From Spongospora subterranea f. sp. subterranea (lineage: Eukaryota), in contig JAUGWO010000062.1 of NCBI GenBank assembly GCA_049724395.1, positions 237,535 to 257,534 of the forward strand: 20,000 nucleotides of DNA. The letters run 5' to 3'. The notes under the pieces were generated by a model, which did no database searches, had not been told where the DNA came from, and saw only the letters and a program-made list of their open reading frames with translations. The first letter of the stretch is position 1; each line of letters opens with the position of its first letter. The position numbers and the translations under genes are program-made. Below are positions 1 through 9,588 of this stretch, piece after piece.

Positions 1-842
1 ATCGATCTTACATGTGAACAATACCATAGTCATGACCCGCCTCGTTTGTCGTACAGAACTCCAGAATTCTGACCTCAACTAATGCTTGATGATGAAACCG
101 TTTCTTATTTCTGATTATCTTCAACGCTTGGTATGTTCCCGTCTTATGATCGAATACTTTTGCCACTTGTCCGAACGACCCGTTTCCTAAAATATCGAGC
201 ACCTCGTATCTATACGCAATATGATCATGTAATACAATACGGTAATCTCCTCTCTCATCGTCATAGCCTATTCATCAAGGACGAAACCTAATCAGCCTGA
301 GCGGTTTTTCATAAATTTGATAGAGAGTACCATTATTCTTTGACGCTTGCGGTATTCCACGAGTCTTCTTGCTCGTTTTGCCCACGAAATATATTTCCGA
401 ATATGCTAGGATTTCGGACTCTTCGAATGCAGTTAGATCGGCGCTATAACGCTGTAGAACAACTAAAAAAATTGCATGTGAATAAGGCACAATCAAACAA
501 TAATATATAGCCATGTGAAGAACCTGCTGCTGTCATAGAATCTACTTTCGCCGATGGAACAGGGTGACGTTGGATTTGTCCAAGTTGATTGCGATCTTGA
601 CGGTGAACTCCACACCGCTTTTGCAGCCCGGGTTTTGCGTCAAGACGTGCAGTGCTAGGAAGTTGTATAGCTTGTGTTTGACGACGCTTATGTTTGACCT
701 CAGGTGGATCAGGTTTCCTTGATGTTGCAAAGCCATGGTTGCCCCGAATACCTTTCAATCGTGGCAACACGGGTCCTGGTTTCATCGGTCTAGTCATCAG
801 GTCAATCGTAAGACAATGAGGCGATAAGATCGTCGCCAACAA
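1..842 (-). CDS. DYRK2: DYRK-family (class 2, DYRK2-like) dual-specificity protein kinase, N-terminal part; continues beyond window start; start codon uncertain
   Basis: Splicing out GT-AG introns 523-463 and 330-268 gives [32 protein letters not shown]...[39 protein letters not shown]...[23 protein letters not shown]. This matches the NAPA region, DH box and kinase subdomains I-III of class 2 DYRKs. Confidence 0.9.
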
Positions 843-1448
843 AGGCGCACCTTGATGATGGTTTACTATATTGAACTCGCAGCTGCTTACAAGGAGCCAT
901 TGATATGATTATATTGACACTAAGGTCATCATTTCGTCAACGCTGAAACAAATAAAGCGAGAAGCGCTAAATGAAGGTTCAAGGGTCGTACAGATTCGAT
1001 CTCAAATCTTTCCGTGATCCAAAAAGAAGATACTGGTTTTTATGAAGTTAAACATCGTGACAATAACACAAATGAGCGATATGTCACCGCTCAATAGTCA
1101 AATGAATCAACACCAAAGTTCGTTATTGTCGGGCATGACAGTCCAGCCAAGATAGAGACTACACTGTAGTGAGGCCCCCCTCCCCCGTCAGGATTGTGTC
1201 CGCATACCCCATGTTACAATACTCTTCCTGTACACCATGTACGTACACATAGCTGACATAGTCACAGGTCCAAGGATGAGAAGGATTGCATTTACTAGAG
1301 GAGGCCCCCTCCATTCCTCACTGAGCAACCTCCCTCACCCGCTCATCAGTCAACTCCCTTAACAGAGCACAGATTTTGTATCGCGCTCTTGGTCGGCAAA
1401 ACTGTCAACCTGCAGAAATAGTGGGGACGAGCGATACAATAATACATC

Positions 1449-2108
1449 ATGGTACCGATTAGTCATCGCCTTCTTCATTTATTCCCTCATCTGCTGATGT
1501 ATAGTCTAAAACTCTAGCTCCTTATCTTACCGCTGTTCGCCAGACACTTACGGCTGCCCTCTGTATCCGCAATTTCGCCTCCCAAAAAATTGAACGGCAC
1601 AACAAGCCTGAGGTTGAGGCCAGGTTACAATGCATATCTACGTTTGGCCAGTTTGATTAATTTATTGTCTAGGATGAATCCTGAACTGTTATTAACGCCT
1701 GTGGTTATTTCTCGCAATGAACGTGAAAGGACGATGATCGAAGGGTCTATCAATTCTGTTCGAATCTCTATCGCTATCAAGCAAGCCGATGATTTGGAGG
1801 TGGTACTGGCCGACCGCTTCTCCCGTTTCTTAATGCAGCGCGCTGAAGAATTCCACATTTTGCGTCGAAAATCAATCGATGAAACATTCAATGTTCCTTT
1901 GAAATCGGGAGGTTTTGAGCAAAAGCGATACGATATCAGCTTTCTCATCACAAATTTTCATACTGAGGATATGTTGAAACTCAAGTTGATCGATTTCATC
2001 ATCGAATTCATGAATGAAATCGATAAAGAGATCAGTGAGATGAAGCTAAACGTGAACAGTCGGGCCCGTGTCGTTGGAGAACTCTTCTTGCAGCAGTTCG
2101 TGGCGTAA
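1449..2108 (+). CDS. ARPC4: Arp2/3 complex subunit 4 (p20-Arc)
   Basis: Exons 1449-1451 (ATG only), 1505-1623 and 1673-2108 give [48 protein letters not shown]...[18 protein letters not shown]...[13 protein letters not shown]...[18 protein letters not shown], recognisable ARPC4 along its whole length. Confidence 0.97.
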
Positions 2109-2301
2109 CTATAGTAGTAATCAACAACATGTCATTTTCTATTTTATTGAGGGCGTACTTACAGTGTGTCGTTATGAGTTGGGCACAAACCAAATAGTCA
2201 TAATTAAACCACGTATCACTTATTGAATTGGCGATAGATCAGGAAGATATATTGGAGTTATGTCAGGTGAGGTTTAGATTTTAAAAATGGCGCCCGATTG
2301 C

Positions 2302-4683
2302 TCAAGCAGCTTGCATTTGAATGTGATTTTGGCTTGAATTTCTCGGTTGAGCTCCCCTTCTTCGGTTGCATAATGCACATGCACAGAGGAGGAACGACAG
2401 GATGAGCACACTTGCAACAACAACGCTGATGATTGTGCTCCATACAGGGCGCTGGGCTATTAATGACAGATCATCAGCCACACATATAGCGTCACCAGAA
2501 TTGCATGTGAATGTCTTATTGCTGGCGATTGTCGACTCAACACAATATCCAGATACACAAACTCGGGAGCTATCGATAGGGCCATTATTGCCACAAGGGG
2601 ATCCATCGTTTGGGGCGTTAGACCACAACTGATCGCAAGATCGGTCTTCTGAAGAAGACCGACAGTGCAGTCTTGAACAGAGGGAGGTAGTAGGGCAGGA
2701 GCGAGCTTTAACGTCAATGGGAAATTCGGCTTTGGTCAGAGAGGCTGATCCCGGTACGTTAGCGCTGCTGCATTGTCCATCACGTGACAGGATACAGACG
2801 CCAAGATAGCAGTTGGAGGCTGCCCCCATCCAATCTGTACACATATTGGACGAGGGTAGGAATACATCCTCGGGGCAATGACCGGACTGCCCAGAGCACG
2901 TCTCCGGCACATCGCACTGAGTGTTCTGAGTTGGACACGTTAATGATCGTCATGGGTGGAAATCTCTCAATAATTACCCTTGATGAACGGCAGACAGAAC
3001 CTTTTTTTTTATATTGGCCATTGTCGCAGCATGCCTCAGAGTTGGCGCATCGGCATCGTGGGCGAACAATTTTACAGCTTTCACAACAGTCATCCGACTG
3101 GAGTCCTGGGTCGCATTCCTCACCAGGATCAATGAATCCGTTACCACAAGTTTTTCCCAAAGGAAGTTGACGGGACGATGATAAACATGCAGCCATGTGA
3201 CCATTGTTGAAAGCTGACGTAGACGAGGGCGAGAACTCTGTGGAATACGACCATGAGGATGAAGATGGGCTCATGATGAATCCTTTGCGGTCATCGTGAG
3301 CTAGACCTAAATTATGTCCAAGCTCTACATGTAGCTCAGTGTTGTGTAAACCGTAATGAAGTTCAAGGCGACATACCGTGTGCGAAAATCTGTGCATGAT
3401 ACGATGGGATACGAGTTGTAGATTCGACGACACCGACAGCATTATTTCCCTCTTTGCATACCGTGTCCATAAAAGCCAGCCCCTTTATTGGGCCATCAAA
3501 TCCACGCCCTGAGAACAAGTGAATCGCATCAAATGATCCGAACTATCCTGGCCAATAGATGCATTTAGTGAAATGTGGCGAAAGTAAACGTCGATAAACA
3601 GGTCCTCATTATACCTGGTTAACAAGAATTCTATGGTTGATCATGTTCCAGTCTCTGAATGTGGATAATAGCGTTCCTGAATCAATCTCGTCTTCTCTTT
3701 TACTGGTTGATTCGCAGTCAGTTCCATCGCCGTGTGGCATGATACGCATCCATTATGCCCATCTATTGTTGTATTGCAAGATCGGTATTCGATCTCTTCA
3801 GGAATCACAGAACGAAAAGTTAACTGGCCAACCAAGACAATTCTGACACATGTGTCGAATGATGCGGCAGCATAGTATCCATCTGAAGGGCGCAGATCAT
3901 TCATAGGGACAAATCAATAATAATTACAGTCATAAATCATACCTGCAATATTCACAATGGCACTAGATTGAAAAGTCGTCACGTTGGTCAGCAGTTCATA
4001 TCTGGAAAGATCGTTCACAATCAGCACCTTTACATATTGTCAGATATTTTTTACGATTCGATGTGCTTGCGAAGTACCTGAATATACTTGATGGACTTAT
4101 TATTACAGTTATCATGCTGTACTGATGCGTATCCGCTTTGTGGCATAACAGATAAAGATGACAGCTGCACACGGTTTTGGGCTTGGTCAACAGCGCCGTG
4201 CTCCATATCTCTGAGCACTGTTTGTCCATAATGTCGCGCGGCAATGTGTTGGGATTGCCCTTTTTCCCTCGTGATCCCGTATGATCCTGGATATATATGG
4301 ATAACAGAAAGGTCTTTCATATGAAGCATCGCAACCATCTCTTGACCGTTTCCGGATATCGATAGAGATGCATATACTACAGGGCAGTACTCTAGTTCAC
4401 GATCAGTCTCGTCCCGCCACATCTCCATATGAAGGCTATCTGCGGTTAAGTCATTTCCAATCTCATTCAGAGATCCATCCAGTTGTCTTTCGATTGACCG
4501 ATACGATGAACTAATCCATCTCGTGTTTGGCCGTGTCAAAAACGATATTGTGTGGTTGAACGCGTGAACACTGAACCACCTTCTTGCCTTATGATCCACT
4601 GTGATAACGGGACGAACCTCCTCGTGCATTTCTTGACCACAAACGCAATATACGATCATGCTCACAATGACCATGATCATCAT
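2302..4683 (-). CDS. ADAM-like M12B zinc metalloprotease with signal peptide, prodomain, disintegrin, Cys-rich region, TM helix and short tail; one apparent frameshift near 3733
   Basis: Hydrophobic N-terminus MMIMVIVSMIVYCVCG. Reprolysin-like motifs VLIVNDLSRY, DSGTLLSTFRDW and FDAIHLFSGRGFDGPIKGLAFMDTVC. Intron 3376-3325 joins FAHE to LGHNLGLAHD (HExxHxxGxxH), followed by Met-turn GFIMSP. Disintegrin CGNGFIDPGEECDPG...CDVPETC across intron 2977-2926. TM segment WSTIISVVVASVLILSFLLCACALC. Confidence 0.88.
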
Positions 4684-5022
4684 GGTCTTCGTCAGGAATT
4701 TCGAGGAAATCACTCAACGATATCGTGGGGCGTAGGGATTAGTGGATGAGATAAGAAGGGCGGAACTATAGTGATTTTAAGATAAAGCAGCGGTTACAGG
4801 AACGATCAACTGCAGAGATAAAGTCGTGCTCCTTTGAGTCTTTAAGGGGTAAAGGGTGGGGGGTAAACTGGGGTTTAGCGTTACCTCAGACCTAATATAC
4901 TCAAACCTACCCCCTATCCGTGATTATGATCTCATCGTATCGCTCTTCGCCCTTCTCTAAATAGATTGTGTTGTCGATCCCAGTCTGTCGTATCACAGGG
5001 TGCTCATCTTCCGAACATATTG

Positions 5023-5462
5023 TCACTGGTCGGAGGTGTCCGGCTGAGGACGGGGCGGTTTGGTGAGCAAGCAGGTCTTTTCAATATTTGAATGAAGCCA
5101 TGGAAGGGATGATCCCTGGCAAACGTTTCCAGCAGCATAAATTTCCCTGTTGAATCTGGCCCTGTACGTCAAGAACATCGTGTGCCGTTTTGGAACCGTG
5201 ACATTCGTAGATATTTCTAACAGCAGAGTACGGCAAGACAGCATCACCCGGCCAAGTGTTGATGATGACAATATCTCGGCCTTTGAGCATGGACAACTTC
5301 GAGGCACGTCTCGTCTTGTCAGTGAAGCGTCGTTTTCACATGTCAAGGTCGTCTTCACCCCGTCTTTTTCTACAGCACGACTGCTTTTTTCAATCCGATA
5401 GGGCACGTGGATTTTTTCTTCGCAAGCCCTGGGACATGTGTTATTGATTGTAATTGAATTAA
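5023..5462 (-). CDS. Possible terminal exon of a hypothetical protein
   Basis: The frame is open from a strong acceptor (TTTTTTTTAG at about 5463) to the stop at 5023. No family recognised and upstream exons unresolved. Confidence 0.25.
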
Positions 5463-5885
5463 CTAAAAAAAATCAAAGGTCGTAATAGCAGTGAAACAGA
5501 TTACTGTAGTTTTTCAGCTCGGTTTGCGAGTTGAAGACAATAAGCAACAGATTTCAATGGGCAATGGACGAGCTGCTTATCTAACGCCTTTTCCAATGGA
5601 TTGTCAAAGGTCGCGTTTCGGAGTCCCTTGGCAAAGAATGACCCAACTCACTCAGACGGTAATGCAAGCAAATTCTCCACATGAGAAAATATCTTGATCG
5701 CCGTAGTCATGTGCACCCCAATTAGCAGCAATCCACAAGTTTGTCGTTGACAGGGTGCGGCCTGCAGTTGGTGTTACCCACCGTAACTGTGTCCGCTAAT
5801 AGTGATACCCACCATGGCCCATCATTACCGACTCTCTCTCTCATCAGCGACTCCTATTTTATAATCATATGATAACGCTATCCTA

Positions 5886-8023
5886 ATGACTCCTTCTGTA
5901 GAATTCATATCCGATTCAGTCTCGATCGTGCTGGACGGGGATCAGACATGATCTTGCTGACCGGTCTGTTGACAGGCGCAGGTTCGCTATGTCTTTATTG
6001 CAAAAACAGATAAGGCGATGGATTAGGTTTGATGAAGGCAGTAGTAATCTCTATATGACATGTTTGATAAACTGCTTTGTCCGCGATTTATGCTCTGATG
6101 TGGTAATGATATGCAAAGCTGCTGTATCGGGGATATCGGGTAGGATTGTCATATAGCACCATCTCCTGTTTTCTTATCACTGCTGCACTACTATGTCTCA
6201 GTTTGTATGGTGTCTGTTCAAGATAATTACTCAATATTAAGGTTGGTGGCTATATGTGTCAGGTTAAACTAATGACAATGGGTTCTCAAAACTGTATCAG
6301 GCGTTTTACTCAGCTTGTTCCATACATTCTGAAACTTATCCGTCAAGATCACTCGCGAGGTATCGCCTATTTTGGCTCGGAATGTATGTGTAGTTTCCTA
6401 CTAATCCACCTCTGGTGTGCTTACGCTACCCCAGGTCTTTACAATGCCATCAAAACTGATCGCGCCAACCTGAGTAATATCGTGACCGACGTGCTTCCTC
6501 TATTGATGGACATGGCTTCTCGCGATGATCTTTTGACACGAAAGTGTGCCCACTTTCTCACTGATCTCATTAAAGATGTATTGCTGAATAGTAAACCTGT
6601 ATCAGAAGTATCTGGTTTGCTCTTGATCATTGAAAATGCATTAATGATCGGAGATACCCGTTCTCGCACATTCGCCCTCAGCTGGCTCCAATTCTTGCAT
6701 TCCAGTCAACAAGGCTCCATGGATTTTGCTATTCCGCTGTTATTGCCAAGACTTCAAGGTCCTGATAATGACAATACTACATATGCAAGATTGTGTTTAC
6801 AGTCTCTTTTTCAACACAACAGGTCAACTCAGTGCTTCGAAATTCTTGCGGATTATGCTGCTGACCGCGAGCAGGATCCCATCTCTAGGGCCGCCGCTTT
6901 GCAGTACTTGTCGCAAATGGTCAATGAGACATTTGACCCTTGCAATCTGTCTATGGCGGTCCATGTAGTACTGCAATGTTTAGATGACTTATATGACCGA
7001 GTTTCAGATGCAGCATTTAATGCCCATATGAAGATACTGTCATGTGCGAATCTCAAGCCAATCTTAGTCGATTTCGACAACTGCATAGGGATCCGGTCAC
7101 AATCTGCTGCACTCGATCATCTTATCAGGTTTAGCAGACAAATGTCATCTCACTCTGATAGCCGCGTATCAACAAAGCTTCTGCAAATGCTATTGCGAAC
7201 CTCCTCCCACCTGATTCCAACTGTTGTTGAAGTCCTCGTTCGGTTTTCACATTCAGATTCGACGCATGATAATGTTGTTGCGAACGTTCTTTCTACAATG
7301 GCGACCGTTAAAACCGCATTTGATCCAAAACGAGCTGCAGAAATATTTGTATGTCTATCCGAGATGATAGGGAGTGATTTGGTATACAGGGACATGGCTG
7401 ACGTTATATTGCAAAACTCGCTGGTACTAAACGTCACCAATAATGTAATTCATGTACTGCAACTTAACCTTCTATTGTCTCCGGCACTGGTCGGACTACG
7501 CTTTGCCCTGCACTCCTCAGATCCCGCCCAGTGCTCCGAGATATTTACTCATTTGTTCTCAGCGTGGGCACACAATCCTGTCGCCGCTATATTAGCCTTG
7601 CCTTGTTCTGTCGCGCCTATGAGTTGGCCTGGCTTTTGATTACCGCTATGTACGGGTCCTAAATGGGTCTCGAACTTTCAATCTGACATTGCGTTCAGGG
7701 ATAGTATCGTCAAAATCTGGACGATGAACCTATTGGAGCAGATGGTGCAACTAGTGGAACTAGTCGAATCACCGGCTTTTACCAGGATCAGATTAGACCT
7801 AATCCACATTAGCGAATACCCGTTCCTGTTCAAAAGTCTTCATGGTCTTTTGGCATTAGTCCCGCAGTGCCCCTGTTTTTTTGCGGTAAATGATCGCCTA
7901 TTGTACTCGGCTATAACGATGCCGTTCAATCCAGTTGTCTCTATCGAGCTCATCCCAAGTTTGGATGCCTTCATCAACATCGACTCGCTCTATAGTTTAT
8001 TCTATAAAACCCACAATTCATAA
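5886..8023 (+). CDS. VAC14: Divergent VAC14-like HEAT-repeat scaffold of the PIKfyve/Fab1-Fig4 complex; frameshift at 7589-7590; 5' end uncertain
   Basis: Motifs resemble Vac14: LADRSVDRR, IAYFGSECLYNAIK (after in-frame intron 6384-6434), DMASRDDLLTRKCAHFLTDLIKDV, RTFALSWL, FSAWAHNPVAAISLALFCRAYELAW, and the Fig4-binding region QLVELVESPAFTRIRLDL...YPFLFKSLHGLLALVPQ. Last intron 7650-7698. Confidence 0.85.
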
Positions 8024-8038
8024 CTTCTAACGGTTCAT

Positions 8039-9057
8039 TTATTCCATATTTGCTTGCATCAATCCTTCACTAGCAAAAATGCGAGTATAGGCCGAGCTGG
8101 ATTGATTGTTAATTTCATTGCACAGTTCTCGCATCGAATGGGTAATTAAAAAGATATCTAACCGCGATGGCGGAGTTAGTGAGCCGTATCCTTTATCGGC
8201 TTGCAACTTTTGGCGGGCAGCGCTGCGTTGATAGAATTGGTATTTGCCTTGTTCTTGTGAATATTCATGAATTGATTCTCCAAGTGCTCGCAGACTGTCC
8301 GCAACGCTCCTATGTTGGTGCATGTCTAGTCGATCAAATTCGCAAGCAACAGCACCGTTCTCACGAAGCTCATAAAGAAACGCGTGGACAAGATTAGAAT
8401 TGTGAACTTTAACAGGCAGCTCCTCAAATATCGATCTTGAATCAACTTGGAATCGGTTAAACCCTTCCCTTGACTGGTCCCCGGCTTTGTAAAACCGCAT
8501 GAATGCGTCAGTTAACCGATATGCACGAATAGACAATGTGCCATAGCAAGTACGTAGAGGATCATAGATGATGACTACAGATCCTGGAATATTGGTCTGA
8601 TAATCAAATTGTGTGGCGACAATTGACGACCATGTATTCGATCCACCTTGGTCCTATAACAAAATAGTAAAAAAGGGTTTTGAAAGTGATAATCCAAACG
8701 TACCTGTAATAAATCGGCATTGCTTATGGACTGATACCAACCAACACTATTGCTGTCGACATTCACTTCACGCAGCAGCTTCATCATATCTAGCTGATAC
8801 TGCATATCATCACGAGCTGCCTCATCATCATCAGGGACCTCAGCGGGACCGTTCCTCTGCCAAGGCTGCTGCCGGGCAGTGGCGGCCGCTACGACATTAG
8901 CAGATGGCATGGGGAACGAGCCAGTAACCTCAAGACGCCCGGCCACATCCAGACCAAGGAGCTGTCCCGATACTGGATCAGGCAACGCCTCATGGGCATG
9001 CTTCATGATCTTGATCACTGCCAATCCATCAAGTTGCACTGATTCGAGAGCTGACAT
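8039..9057 (-). CDS. EIF3H: Eukaryotic translation initiation factor 3 subunit H (MPN domain)
   Basis: Exons 9057-8704 and 8653-8039 (50-nt intron) give VQLDGLAVIKIMKH...VSGQLLGL...LEVTGSFPMP...YQLDMMKLLREVNVDSNSVGWYQS...TQFDYQTNIPGSVVIIYDPLRTCYGTLSIRAYRLT...IFEELPVKVHNSNLV. Confidence 0.95.
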
Positions 9058-9360
9058 GGTGATGATGTCCAGCACGCTAGCAGCAAATTTGGGATGTTGG
9101 ACAACAATCTGGGAATTTTTCAATGTCCGCAGTCCGAACGGACTTGGGTCCGAGAGTCTGAATACAGTATAGAAAGTGAACTCGGCTCCACGTAGCTGAT
9201 GATTTCACTTTACCAAAATATGGTGTAGAAGAGAGCGCATTTTCTAAATCGGTAAACTCACCATTGTTTATCCTTTGATTTTATCTATACTTGGTTGCGA
9301 GTGCATTAGCACAATATCTCGGTTTGTCAAAGTTATTCCATGTCAAAAGTCGCGTAATGT

Positions 9361-9520
9361 TTAGCGCAGCCTGCGCGATAAGTGAATTATTGATGACCAG
9401 ACTGATATGGGTGTCATGACAGGTTAGCGCAGCCTGCGCGATAAGTGAATTATTGAGATGTCTCATGTCTGTATCCCCGATAATTGACCAGACTGATATG
9501 AGTGTCGTATACATGACAGG
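9361..9520. repeat. Two-copy direct repeat in the EIF3H/SEC3 divergent intergenic region
   Basis: TTAGCGCAGCCTGCGCGATAAGTGAATTATTGA is identical at 9361-9393 and 9424-9456. TGACCAGACTGATATG(G/A)GTGTC and ATGACAGG are also duplicated. Confidence 0.95.
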
Positions 9521-9588
9521 TCTTGTTACACAATATTAGTTCATTTGATTAGTGGTTTTTTACAAAAAGAGAGCGAGTTGAAAAATCG

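Noticed and set aside
9058..9123. N-terminal extension of EIF3H suggested by the ORF track
   Set aside because: It begins at TTG. The first ATG at 9057 fits the family N-terminus.
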